Shown here: positions 40,115 through 53,565 of the stretch, piece after piece | Numbering within the stretch: the first letter of the stretch is position 1 | How the letters are laid out: each line of letters opens with the position of its first letter | Source: Eledone cirrhosa | Taxonomy: Eukaryota | DNA length: 64,000 nt | Direction of reading: 5' to 3' | Assembly (NCBI GenBank): GCA_964016885.1 | Contig: OZ024741.1 | Span: forward strand, 165,540,001 to 165,604,000 | Program-made: the position numbers and the translations under genes | The notes under the pieces: model-generated | The model's input: only the letters and a program-made list of their open reading frames with translations | Databases searched by the model: none | Told to the model about the DNA's origin: nothing

Positions 40115-41909
40115 CATTTATATATATATATTTTTTTTTTACTCCAAAAGGATGAAAGGCGAAGTCATATTCATCTATATTTGAATTCAGAAAACAGATA
40201 GCTGGAAAAAATACCACAAGGTATTTTCCCCTACCCTAACAACTCTTCCAATTTGTCAATGTTGAGATTAACCAATGAAATAGGTTTAAAATATATGTGG
40301 TCACATAAACAATAGGAATATTTCTCGGAGTAAAACTTAATGAGATCCTATTATAGAATGAATGCAAGAACTGGTTTGATTGTAAACACAAACAAGTAGG
40401 AAATGGGTGAGACCTTATCAATATGACTGGTTATCAGTTGACGGTATTAGAAACATTATCACCAATAGCTCTACTTTCCAGGTTTTCCTGTGTCACTTTT
40501 ATATTTTTCTTCCTGTTGCAAATTACATAACAGAAAAAGAAAGAAATACAAAAAAAAATAACAGTTTTAGGCAAAGTTTGGTTTGTGTTTTTGGTAATTT
40601 CTGTTGAGTTATTTCTTATTTTGGTTTAGTTCTTAACTCCAATGTCAAAAAAATGTCAGAAAGAAAACAAGGAGAAAAAATAATCAAGTCAGTGTATTTT
40701 TCTGCTTGAAACATCCATTACGGCAAAGAATCTAATCAATATTTTAAAAATAAATAAATCCTCAATTCATTGTGTTTGTATCTGACACTAAGGAAAGATT
40801 AGAACTTGTAAAAGATCACATATTCTGCAGGTCACAATCAACATTGGAGAAAAGAGATAATTGTTTCTTTTTTTTTTCTCTAGAAAGAATTCTGATTGAA
40901 GCCAGTTTTAGTGTGGGGAGATTAAGAAAGAAAATACAGTTTCATTGTTTGGAAAGGAAGCCATAAGCAAAAATGATACAGGAAGAGAAATAGAATTGGT
41001 TTTAGCAATGTCAGCTTATTTAAGGAGAAATAAGAGCCACTGTCACTATAAGGAGAAATAAGAGCCACTGTTACTAACCAAAAACATGTTAAAATAAATA
41101 CAGATACATGTAGCAACATGTAGAAAGTGAGATGTTGTAAACTTAGTAAATTGTGCAAGACACATGGCAGCATTTAGGAGATAAGGTATAGATGTAAACT
41201 TAGTAAGTTATAGAAACATGTAGCAAAATCTAGAAGAAATATAAATATGTTGTTGGTACACCTGTGCAAGTTTAGCTGGCCTCCTATGAAGTTACATCTT
41301 ATGGAAGGTTTCTTAGGTGTGTTAATGATAGGCACATCCCAGTCCAATAATAATTTATATCTATATATATAACTTTGAGCGACTTCCATCCGGCTGTCAC
41401 ATAATGTGTGAGTGTGTAAAAGGAAGGAAGGGATGGTGAATAAACTATAGCAAAACAGTGGCTACACTGTGTGTGAGTGTATGTGTATGTTTGTGTAAAT
41501 GTATGTCTGTGTGTGTGTTTGTGTGAATGTATGTGTGTGTTTGTTTGAATGTATCTGTATTTGTGTGTGTATTTTTGTGTGCCTGTGTTTGTGTCTTTAT
41601 ATTTATATACTCATACATATAAATGTATGCATATGCACACACACACACACATATATACATGTGCATTAGCGTGTTGAAAAAATCCAAGTATAATAAATTA
41701 TAGCCCCCATGAAACAACATGTAGGAGAGATAAATTAGAATGTTTTTATAGATATCTATTTATCATACCTCTCAGTTGCTCAGTGCCTAAGTTAATATAT
41801 AATTGAATTAACAACCAGTATAAGTACAAATATTATGCAAATTGGAATATCCAATTCATTCATTACTTCCATTTATAGCCTTTATTTGTGTTCTTCTTTG
41901 TAGAGTAGT

Positions 41910-42261
41910 GGAGGCACATGGCTTAGTGGTTAGAGCATTGGCCTTGCAATCGAAAGGTTGTGAGTTCAATTCTCAGACAGGGTGATGTATTGTTTCTTTG
42001 AGCAAGACACTTTATTTCACATTGCTCCAGTTTACTCAGCTGTAGAAATGAGATGATAGGGACTGGGGTCCATATCATTCCACTGCAAAGTGGTCGTGGA
42101 AGTGCCACGGAAAAAAAGCACCCAGCACTCACTGTAAATGAGGTTGGTGTTAGGAAGGGCATCCAGCTGTAGAAATCAAGCCAGAATCAGTTCCCGTCCC
42201 ACCCTTGCAAGCAGGCAAAAAGCGGACGTAAAATGAAATGATGATGATGATGATGATGATG
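41910..42261 (+). mobile_element. SINE family A (complete)
   Basis: A/B boxes, body and (ATG)n tail. Confidence 0.92.
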
Positions 42262-42555
42262 AGAGTGAAAGAAGTGTATAAGGAGGGCCTCTGAGGAAAA
42301 ATACAGTTAACATAAAAAACTCAAGTCAAATCCTTCATTCTTTTTAGGTCTGAAAATAATATGTGAATAAAAGACTTGATTCCATATGTGTGTGTATCTT
42401 TATACATATTTACATAGTATTGGTTAAATCTGGCAATTTTTCAGGACAAGTATGTATTTATTAGATATCTCCAGTATTTACAGCACAATTTTTTTATTAT
42501 GAAATAATAATAATAATTATTAGTATATATGAATAAAGAAATCATTATTATTATT

Positions 42556-43345
42556 GCGGTGGATTGGCAGTATCGGTAGAGGGTCGGACGCCATGCTTTG
42601 ACGCATAGAGTTACGGTCCTTGCTATTCTGAGTTCAAATCCAGCCGAGGTTAACTTTGCCTTTCATCCTTACGGGGTCGATAAAATAAAGTACCAGTAAT
42701 GCACTGGGTAATTTGCTGGCCTTGTGCCAAAAGTAGAAACAATTATTATTATTATTTGAAACTTCCTTTTAATTCTGCTTCTTTCCCAAATTATGCCGAG
42801 TGTCAACCTGACACTCGAGACAAAATTTGATAATACACACATTTTACAATCGTCACACAAATGATGATACAAGGGCACACACAACAGTATATGCCCTTGC
42901 AAAGCTTTTAAATTGATAATGCCTGTCTCAGGACATGGGCAGTGACAGTCAGCAATATTTTCTATGACCATTAAATTGACTCCAGTGCATTACTGGTACT
43001 TTATTTTATCAACCCTGTAAGGATGAAAGGTAAAGCTAACCTTGGCGGGATTTGAACTCAGAACGTAAAGGGCCGTAACTCCATGTCGCTAAGCATGTTG
43101 TCCGACGCTCTCCCAATTCTGCCAATCCACCGCCCAATAATAATAATAATAATAATTGTTTCTACTTTTGGCACAAGGCCAGCAATTATCCCAGTGCGTT
43201 ACTGGTACTTTATTTTATCGACCCCCGTAAGGATGAAAGGCAAAGTTAACCTCGGCGGGATTTGAACTCAGACCATAAAGGGCCGTAACTCTTTGCTGCA
43301 AAGCATGGCGTCAGACCCTCTACCAATACTGCTAATCCACCGCCC
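42556..43345. mobile_element. Cluster of SINE B copies (42556-42750 +; 42975-43135 -; 43153-43345 -)
   Basis: Shared sequence with 24591-24781; (AAT)n/(ATT)n flanks. Confidence 0.85.
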
Positions 43346-43369
43346 AATAATAATAATAATTATGATAAT

Positions 43370-43805
43370 ATTCAATGTGATAGAATGAATGAAGCAAGAA
43401 TGTTAGACATTTTAATTGTAAAGAAAAAGAAAAAAGGGGCCCAAATTATCGATATCCCTATCCCACAATAAAGTAGAGGGAAGGATAAGGAGCATGAAAG
43501 GATGGAGAAGTATGAGCCACTGAAGGAGAAGGTTGAAGAGTTGTGGGGAAGGAGAAGGTTGAAGAGTTGTGGGGTATGAAAAAGGTTTTAGTGATTCCAG
43601 TGGTGATTGGAGCTTTGGGATTTATATTGAACAGTTTTGAGAACTGATGCAAGATTACATGTCAGATAGAAAAGACAGCATTTGTTTGATACAGCAAGGA
43701 TTTTAAGGAAAGTCCTTGAAAAACCTTTGTCAACTTGCTGACTGCTCCCTAACTGAAATATTGAGATCGTTTTGCATCTAGGTTTGAGATTTACAAAAAT
43801 GAACC
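43370..43805 (+). mobile_element. Decayed R4/Dong-type LINE 3' fragment (restriction-like endonuclease)
   Basis: Remnants IQCDRMNEARMLDILIV...QIIDI, LWGMKKVLVIPVVIGALG and ILRKVLE; between (TAA)n runs. Confidence 0.7.
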
Positions 43806-43813
43806 ATAATAAT

Positions 43814-44001
43814 AATTGTTTCTACTTTAGGCACAAGGCCAGCTAATTACCCAGTATATTACTGGTACTTTATTTTATCGACCCCGTAAGGATGAAAGGC
43901 AAAGTCAACCTCAGCGGGATTTGAACTCAGAATGGCAAGGGCCGTAACTCTATGCGTCAAAGCATAGTGTCCGACCCTCTACGGATACTGCCAATCCACC
44001 G
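43814..44001 (-). mobile_element. SINE B flanked by ~88-bp direct repeats
   Basis: 43727-43813 is repeated at 44003-44091. Confidence 0.85.
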
Positions 44002-44796
44002 CTTGTCAACTTGCTGACTGCTCCCTAACTGAAATATTGAGATCCTTTTGCATCTAGGTTTGAGATTTACAAAAAATGAACCATAATAATAATGTTTCTA
44101 CTTTTGGCACAAGACCAGCAATTATCCCAGTGTATTACTGGTACTTTATTTTATCATTCTTATGGGGTCGATAAAATAAAGTACCAGTAATGCACTGGAG
44201 TCAATTTAATTGTCTTTCTCTTTCCCCAAAAATTGTTGGCCTTGTGCCTAAAGCAGAAACCATTATTATCATCATTAACGATGTCACAATCTCTGATTAT
44301 AGTAAAATTACACAGTGGTAGTGCTGGTGTCAAGAAAACACATATCTAGTACGCTCAGTATAGTTGTAGTACTGGTGCCAGGACAACATGCACTCAATAC
44401 ACTGTAAAGCAGTAATAGTGGTGCCATAACAAAAACACACCCTGTAAAGTTGTAGTGCTGATATCCTGAAAATACGCAACCAATACACTCTGTATAGTGG
44501 TAGTGATGTTGCCATGAAAAATCACACTCAGTTTACTTTGTAATGCCCATAACACTTTGTAAAGTGCTAAGTTACACAATATATTAGTGGAGATGGTTAA
44601 AATTTATTTCATATGAAAATAACTACTACAAAACTAGACTAGAACTGTTTCATTCATTTGAAATCATCATACATATATCTAGATCTTGTTCATTTGTAAG
44701 ATAGCGAAGCACATGTCAATTGCATAATAACTGTTGATCCTCTAACTGTCATGTTGTCACATTCATGTTACTTATTATATTATATTAATTTTTCAG

Positions 44797-44829
44797 ATTT
44801 TATCAATCTATCTCTGGAAAAATGTTATT
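44797..44829 (+). CDS. Candidate 33-nt micro-exon
   Basis: taatttttcag|ATTTTATC...GTTATT|gtaagt; all three frames are open. Confidence 0.25.
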
Positions 44830-47800
44830 GTAAGTGATTCATATTGATACAACAGCTGGAGAATCTAATAATTATTTTATTTTACAGTAAAAAAAAAAAT
44901 GATATATGCACGGGTTAGAAGGGTTGTCACATTATGAGACAAGTCAGGTCAGGTCACCATGTCTTGCTCATATTAATCAGTTTTATACTTGATTTCTATC
45001 GCTGGGTGCCCTTCCTAATGCCAAACACAGCATGGATTGGGTACTTTTTCGTCATGGGACCTAAATGATTTGTAAGTGTGGGCCTTTCAATATTTATTTT
45101 GGCTCTTTAATTTTGAATCCTACCAAAGTTAGCATTTGTCTTTCATCCTTCAGGATTGATATAATAAAGTACCGGTTAAGTAACTGGATCTCTCTCTCTC
45201 TCTTTCATACTGTTGAGGCTACACTAGATCAAGGATGAGTGAGTCAAAAGAGTGTCTGCTCACATCTACATATGAACCTAAAATAGAAACAAATACAGGG
45301 TATACTCTGCTACTATGTCATACTTGATTGTAAGTGACAACCACGTTATATTCTGGATAACCTGACAGCCATTTCTTTTAGCTCTGTTTATTCTTGTTCA
45401 CATTTAAATATAAAGATTGATTAACCAAAACAATATATTCTAGGTATTTTTATAAGCTTCATTGATTTTTCTTTAAAACATATTGTACATTCTACGAACT
45501 AAATTAATTATTTAGTCATTATTTCTAGAGTGAAAATGAATTATAAATGGGTGTTAACTTACTTCCTTTAATGGATGCTGTGTGTAAGTTTTACAATAAA
45601 ACTATATATTACAGATAATACACAACAATTAAAGAGCTAATAATTATTAAGGAAAACACAAAAAGGATCTTGCAAACTCTTCCAATAGAAAAATAAACAA
45701 AACCATTGTTATTAATTACACTCAGGTTCAACCTAGCCTCTATTTGGCATAAATGTATCTCGTGATACAATAGCATACAGATATGTGTTTATTTTTCAGA
45801 ATTTATTACACAAATAAAGTTCTTATTGATTTGTAATAAATTCCAATTTATAAATAAAAAAAAAATAAAGATAATAGTAATAAATAATTTTTTTTTTCAA
45901 ATAATAATAAAAAATATAAAAAAAAAAAAAAAATTAATTAATTCCTCAATGTATGTTCTTGGAGCAGAATGTAATGTCATGAAAATGGAAGGAGAAGAAA
46001 TACTTCTTTGTTATACAAACAATAAAAATATATACATTAAGAGACCAGATTAAAATCTAATTCAATATACATTTATTATTAACTTTCCTTCACCTTATGG
46101 ACATTGAATATGTAACAGTTTAGATATAAGCAATTTATCTCCATTTAATCAATCAGAGGATCTAATCATATATCTTTAAAAACCTAAGTAATAAATCTTT
46201 AATGATGAATTCTGAATACAATAATTAGTAAAATCTACAAAAAAAAAACTACAAAAAATAATAATCAGGACTATATATGCATGCTTATATGCACACACAT
46301 GCATACTTAATGTTGCATATGAAATACTATAAATAGCCAACATTTAATGAAATTACTTTGCATATCTGCATTCAGCTATGTGCAGGAAGTGGGGTTGCTT
46401 TATATATTTGTCTATGTAGAGGAAATGGATTATTTCATTTGCTATAGTGTTTAATTTGTTTCATCCATTATCATTGTCATCATTTTTACATCTACTTTTC
46501 TGTGCTGGCATGGGTTCAATGAGATTGTTTCTTTTCAATCAGCTGGACGCCCTTCCTGATGCCAACCCTTACTTTTTCCCAAGTGTAGCACTTGAATACA
46601 ACTGAGGTAATAATCCTCACCTGACAAGTCACTGAGATGAAAGAGGTGTGCTTATGCAAAGTATAAACCAACATCTCCAGCAGCAAGCAGTGTCAATGGA
46701 AAGACACACACATGCACATACTGACATATATATGTATCATCTAGCCCATGCTAGCATGGAAAATGAACATTAAACGGTGATGATGATAATGATACAATAG
46801 ATTTCCACACATTATCTATCTGCCAAATTTCTCTCAAGGTTACAGAAGAAAATATTTGCCCAAAGTGTCATATACTAAAATCAAATCACAAACCATGTTG
46901 TTGCAATGTGAACTTCATAGCCACACAGTTATGTCTACACCTAATGTAAATTATATATGATAATATTTTTCAAGCAATAATTGCTCAGTAGAGCTCTCAT
47001 AGCACATAAGAAGGAAATGTTCTATATCAACCAATTTTATATTTACACAGGAAAATAGCTGCTAATGCTATCAAAAGTTTATACCAACTCTGGTCCTATG
47101 ATACAAAGCTGTTTCTTTTAAGGTGTTTAGAGTAGGCAGAAACTCGTGATAGGGTAAGCATGCAGCAGGAGGATCTTCAGAGGAAGAACTCCCATGAAGC
47201 AAGTGGCCTTTCTTCCTAAAAGCCTTGTCATAATTTTATTCAAGAACTTTTAAGTTTTGTTCAAAATACCCGCTGAATAATGAGGTTTGTTATATTACAA
47301 AATCCCTCCAAATTCTTGATTATTTTAAAAATTATTTAAAAATCATAATCAGTAACTTCATTAAAAAGATAGTAATCAAAAGATTAAAGTGTTTGTATTT
47401 AACTAAATACCTTCCATTATAAGAACATTTGCTATCTTCCAAACACCAGCTTGATAAAGAGAAAGTTAATATTGCTAAATTCCTTCAATTCTTGTTTAAT
47501 TTCAAAGTTATTTGAAAATTATAGACAGTTTCTGTCATAAGAAATATGGCAAGGAAAGGGTTAAAACAATAAGAGGAACAGATAACAAAGACAATATCAT
47601 CAAAATATGGCATTAATATAATTTCATCAAACATAGAAACTCAATATCTCAGCTATTCAAACAGGTCAGCCCTGATTAATGATTAAAAAAATTCCAACCA
47701 TAACCTTCTCATCTTCTTTCTGGGTTAGAATATCTAAGATTACATATTTAACCAGTGTGTCCTTCTTTTGTTAAGACTGTAAATATTTATATCAAGTTCA

Positions 47801-48914
47801 GTGACAACCTAAAGGCTACTTTGATGATAATTGAGTTGTCACCTGCAGACATGAAATAAGTTGAGATATAAATATCATATGATGTTTTATGCAAGACAAT
47901 TATATAAGCTATAATTTATTCTTGTTTCGGTACAGAGTGAGTAAATATCACTGACAATGGATTAGAAAATCTTGAAACACTAGTGTCTAGTTTTCTCACT
48001 TGGTTACTGAGATAGCTGATGACATTCAATATATTATACATAAACATATTGTATAAGCCTTCATATTACATCTTTTTAATAAATATTGTTTGGAGTTAGT
48101 TAAAACAGCTGAACTCCTTCTTTTACAATGTCTCTACAAAATATGCCCTTCATAATTTGTAGAGAAATTGGTATCTTTTATAGAAAAAGGGGTACAATTT
48201 ATGCAGATGTGGAATTTGTATGGGGCATAATTTGGCAAGAAAAGGGACAAATTTATAGAAAATTAGTATATTTCATAAAGAAAAGGATAGAATTTGATTG
48301 AATGATAAGAGGTACTTATTTTATGAAAGGCCATATAATGATAATAGCAGTAACAACAACATTGCTTGGGTATTTGTACAATATATTTTTGTATAGTTTA
48401 TAGATGGTACCCATGTATTGTTCCATCTGCACTATATCATGTTATACTGCTAAATTGGTGGACAATGGGTATTCTAGCCTGCTCAAGAAATTTATGTGTA
48501 AGTGACTGAGCATTCAACAAACGTGTATTCTTAACTTCATCCTAATGAAGATTCAGCATGAAACAATGTATGACAAGGCATACATTTGAATTAAAGATAC
48601 TGTCCATCAAACTGCTTCCAAGCAGTTTCACTCTGCCCAATTGCATTCTCAAAGCATGAGTTGACCTGAGTCTAAGTCTAAAAGTCTAAAGTCTGTCTCA
48701 AACCGGCCAAAACCGACCAGAATTCTCAACCTCTTTCTGTTGAAGCTGGCTGTAACTGGTCACTCAAACTGATGTTAAGGTATTGTTCTCAAAATAAATA
48801 CTTTCAAAATCTCATAGATTCGATATTATGTGAGATATTATGTGAGGTAAAGCCTTTACCATGAAAATATAATAGCATATATAGAGTAATGTGAATGCTA
48901 AAGGGTTAAGTCAG

Positions 48915-49190
48915 AAGGCTTTTTAGATTAGTGCTTATCCCAGTTTCATAGGGTGAAGCAACTGAGAGTACAAGACTCTCTCCTAGACAGGACACCAGTC
49001 CATTGCAGGGTAAACTATCAGAGGTTAAACCACCAGCTATTGGTGGTACTCATTTACAGTTGAGTATACTGGAGCAACATGAAATGAAGTGTTTTGTTCA
49101 AGAACACAACACACAACCCAACCCAGGAATCGAACCCACAACATTCTGATTGTAAGTTCAACACTCTTACCCCTAGGCCACACCCCTCCA
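48915..49190 (-). mobile_element. tRNA-derived SINE family C (V-domain-like)
   Basis: tRNA head and CCTGCAATGGACTGG(T/C)GTCCTGTC; second copy at 52430-52709. Confidence 0.75.
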
Positions 49191-49538
49191 CATAGGTTGA
49201 CCTGAAGCTTTAGTAAATGATACTTAACCAAGATGCCATGCAGTGGGATTGAGCCCAGGACCTAATGATTGTGATACAAAACTTTTAACCAATTGGTCAT
49301 ACTGTGTCCACTCTATACTACTAAATACATGACTACCATATCAAATAGTGTGACATTTGGAAAGATCAGAACAATGATACAACATTTCCCAATACACTGA
49401 GGACATATTAACAGAATAAATAATGGATGGAACCACTGGATGTGCATGTCCATCAGCTAGACTGATGTTGGCCATTAGCCACAAAGTTATTACATTGGCA
49501 ACAAAGGAATTTGTTCTTGTTCTTGCACATACATGCAC

Positions 49539-49578
<40 letters not shown>

Positions 49579-49755
49579 TATATGTCTGTGTCTACATATA
49601 CAAATATACAAATATATATATACACAGACACACATATATATATATATACATACATATATATATATGTATATATATATATATACATATACATCTAAATATA
49701 TATATACATATATATCTATATATACATAACTACACATACACATTATACACATATT

Positions 49756-49798
<43 letters not shown>

Positions 49799-49799
49799 A

Positions 49800-50046
49800 T
49801 CATCATCATTTTACGTCCGCTTTTCCCTACTTGCAAGGGTGGGACGGGTCTTATTCAGCACAGCATCTCTCCACTCGTCACGGTCCTTCGTCATCTCCAC
49901 CGTGAGCTTCAACGTCCTGAGGTCTGCTCTCACCACCTCCACCCATGTTTTTCGTGGTCTACCTCTACCACATCTTCCTTCAACTGGCATTTCCTGGCAC
50001 TTCTTCACCCATCAGTCATCCTCCATGCGCATCACATGTCCATACC
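49800..50046 (-). mobile_element. 3' end of RTE family 2
   Basis: [19 protein letters not shown]...[13 protein letters not shown]; (GAT)n tail. Confidence 0.9.
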
Positions 50047-50099
50047 ACACACACGTATATATATATATATACGTGTGTGTGTGCATGTGTGTGTATATA

Positions 50100-50172
<73 letters not shown>

Positions 50173-50382
50173 AATGAAAAGTATAGAAATTATTATGAGC
50201 AAGAAGCACACAGTATTTCATAATATATATAATATATATATAATATATATATGGAAAGTTATATTTAAATTGTTGGGTTAACAACGAGTAAATATTTATA
50301 ACTGATATAAAAGCACTCAACAAGTATTTGGAGTATATTTATGATATTAAATAAATGGAAACTATATTTATAAAACCATATT

Positions 50383-50448
50383 TATTTCGTTATATATATT
50401 TCAGGGATATCATATTAACAGTATGTTATGCCTTCTTCAGACAAAATA
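50383..50448 (-). ncRNA. Type I hammerhead ribozyme
   Basis: TATTTTGT-CTGAAGA-[stem II]-GAAA-TATATAT-A-ACGAAATA; 8-bp stem I. Confidence 0.65.
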
Positions 50449-50499
50449 CAATATAAACAGTCTTATAAATACATAGATACGACATACCTTTCAATCACC

Positions 50500-51013
50500 T
50501 TGCATTTGGGAGGTTGATTTGGCAGGTGAGTCAGGGATAACCACAGTAAGTAAGGTACTCAATACATGGCAGAGTAAAATATATTTATTGTATAGAAGGA
50601 GCTTCTACAGGACTAGAACTGTTTCATTCAGATGAAATCTTCAGGAAGCTGGGTGTCATATTAAGTTCTGGTATTTATACATTTAGGTAGTTGTAAGGGA
50701 GGGGTGGTGGCGGGGGGGTAGGTTGGTAATTAGATACACAGGACCATAACATGGCACAGACCGTTTTTTTCTTTGGGGAGTGGTCAATTAGCACTCCGGC
50801 TAATTGACCACTCCCCAAAGAAAAAAACGGTCTGTGCCATGTTATGGTCCTGTGTATCTAAATACCAACCTAACCCCCCCCGCCACCACCCCTCCCTTAC
50901 CACTACCTAAATGTATAAATACCAGAACTTAATATGACACCCAGCTTCCTGAAGATTTCATCTGAATGAAACAGTTCTAGTCCTGTAGAAGCTCCTTCTA
51001 TACAATAAATATA
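50500..51013 (-). mobile_element. Fold-back hammerhead element: ~213-bp arms (50580-50792 / 50799-51013) plus tail
   Basis: Near-perfect inverted repeat with a 6-nt loop ACTCCG; a hammerhead in both arms. Confidence 0.88.
50943..50993 (+). ncRNA. Type I hammerhead ribozyme
   Basis: AGCTTC-CTGAAGA-tTTCatctGAAt-GAA-ACAG ttctagtc CTGT-A-GAAGCT; mirror copy at 50600-50650; stem I covaries with the 15210 copy. Confidence 0.82.
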
Positions 51014-51249
51014 TATATTATTATATATATATATAATATATATATATATAATATATATATATATATAATATATATATATATATTATTATATATAATATAT
51101 ATATATATATATAATATATATATATATAATATATATATATATTATATATATATAATATATATATATAATATATATATATAATATATATATATAATATATA
51201 TATATATAATATATATATATATTATATATATATAATATATATATATAAT

Positions 51250-51281
<32 letters not shown>

Positions 51282-51299
51282 ATATATATATATATATAT

Positions 51300-51660
51300 G
51301 GAGGCACATGGAGGCACATGGCTTAGTGGTTAGAGCATTGGCCTTGCAATCGAAAGGTTATGCGTTCAATTCTCAGACCGGGTGATGTGTTGTTTCCTTG
51401 AGCAAGGCACTTTATTTCACATTGCTCCAGTTTACTCAGCTGTAGAAATGAGATGATAGGGACTGGGGTCCCTATCATTCCACTGTAAAGTGGACGTGGA
51501 GGTGCCACGGCAAAAAAGCACCCAGCACTCACTGTAAATGAGGTTGGTGTTAGGAAGGGCATCCAGCTGTAGAAATCAAGCCAGAATCAGTTCCCGTCCC
51601 ACCCTTGCAAGCAGGGAAAAGTGCACGTAAAATGAAATGATGAAATGATGAAATGATGAT
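51300..51660 (+). mobile_element. SINE family A (duplicated 5' 10-mer)
   Basis: GGAGGCACAT twice, then the full body. Confidence 0.92.
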
Positions 51661-51804
51661 ATATTTGTTTTTCACCGCTCCTATTAATGACGTATTATTC
51701 GTTTTTTCCCGTTCTTTGCCAGCGAACGTTTCCACGAACCAAAGTATCGTCTTCCTGTCTTCCTCCGGTTGCAACGTTTTTTGAAATATCCAGTTCTGCG
51801 TTTA

Positions 51805-51878
51805 CAGATTGACTTTGTTAGTTTCAGAAGATCCCGTTAAGGGTGAAAGCAGCGATTCTTTGCTTAAACTTTAATCTG
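51805..51878 (+). ncRNA. Variant-core type I hammerhead (CAGAAGA)
   Basis: CAGATTGA..AGTTT-CAGAAGA-tCCCgttaaGGGt-GAA-AGCA..TGCT-T-AAACT-TTAATCTG. Confidence 0.6.
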
Positions 51879-51881
51879 TTA

Positions 51882-51922
<41 letters not shown>

Positions 51923-52035
51923 TATATATAATATAATATATATATATATAATATATATAATATATATATATATAATATATATAATATATATATATATAAT
52001 ATATATAATATATATATATATAATATATATAATAT

Positions 52036-52095
<60 letters not shown>

Positions 52096-52776
52096 TATGA
52101 CTTTAAACAGTCAGATAACTTTTTCAATGTAGTGACCAGACCTCCAGGTTATAAACATTGCAGTAAAATGAGAATGGAATGGAGATATCTAGAAATATCA
52201 ACTAGACGGTACCATTTACCAAATATTTTTAGTTAATGACAAACTTGAAATTTGAACAATGACTCTGTGGTTAAGAAGTTTGTTTTGCAACCAGATGGTC
52301 ATTAATTCTGTCAGGGTGTGGCATCTTATATAACCTTCAGCGAACCAGTACTTTGCAAGTGAAGTTGGTAGACAGAAAGTTTATGAAGCTTGTGTGTATG
52401 TGTGTGTTTGTCTCTACTCTCCACTCTTCTAAGGCTAAAGTCTGTCTTAAGTCATTTAAGGCTTGTTAGTCCACTGTTTATCCTGGTTTCATGGTGTGAA
52501 GCGACTGAGAGTACAAGACTTCCCCCTGGACAGGACGCCAGTCCATTGCAGGATTAAAACCCCAGCTACTCATTTTCAGATGAGTATACTGGAGCAATAT
52601 GAAATGAAGTGTTTTGCTCAAGAACACAACATGCAACCCAGTCCAGGAATCGAACCCACAAAGTGATGATCGCAAGTCCAATACCCTTACCACTAGGCCA
52701 CGTGCCTCCACAAACTCCCACCTCAAAAAAGTCTCATTGAACCCATGCAAGCATGGAAAATCAGATATAAAATCAA

Positions 52777-53300
52777 TAATTGTTTCTTCTTTAGGCACAA
52801 GGCCAGCAATTTGGGGTAAGGGAAAGTTGATTAAATCGACCCCAGTGCATGACTGGTACTTTATTTTATCGACCCCGTAAGGATGAAAGGCAAAGCTAAC
52901 CTCGATGGGATTTGAAATCAGAACGTAAAGAGCTGTAACTCTCTGCCGCGAAGCATGTTGTCCAACGCTCTGCCGATACTGCCAATCCACTGAATGTAAA
53001 ATCAATAATTATTTCTACTTTTGGCACAAGGCCAGCAATTATTCCAGTGTATTATTGGTACTTTATTTTATCGACCCGTAAGGATGAAAGGCAAAGTTAA
53101 CTTCAGCGGGATTTTAACTCAGAACGTAAAGGGCCGTATCTCTATGCTGCAAAGCATGGCATCTGATGCTCTACCAATTCTACCAATCCACTGAATGTAA
53201 AATCAATAATTGTTTCTACTTTAGATACAAGGCCAGCAATTATCCCAGTACATTACTGGTACTTTATTTTATCGACCCCGTCCGACCCTCTACCGTATAA
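52777..53300 (-). mobile_element. Three head-to-tail SINE B copies
   Basis: Units separated by CTGAATGTAAAATCAATAAT. Confidence 0.85.
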
Positions 53301-53565
53301 TCAATAATGATTATATATAATATATCGTAATTTATTGGAATATATCCGTGACTACAATGGAACTATTAGAACGATATTGAAAAACATTATCAGACTTTAA
53401 GTCAACTCTAGGTTACAGTCATGTGATCATCCTTTAGGAGTTTAGCCTAAATAATTAGATAAATAGATCAAACAAAACCTTATTGTTTTACATTTTATTG
53501 AATTTTTTCAAAGCTAGAAATGAAAAAAAATTATAAATCGAAACCAGAAATGCATTAAATAATTA

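Noticed and set aside
41910-41985. tRNA gene
   Set aside because: The A/B boxes belong to SINE heads; there is no complete cloverleaf and the sequence runs into the SINE body.
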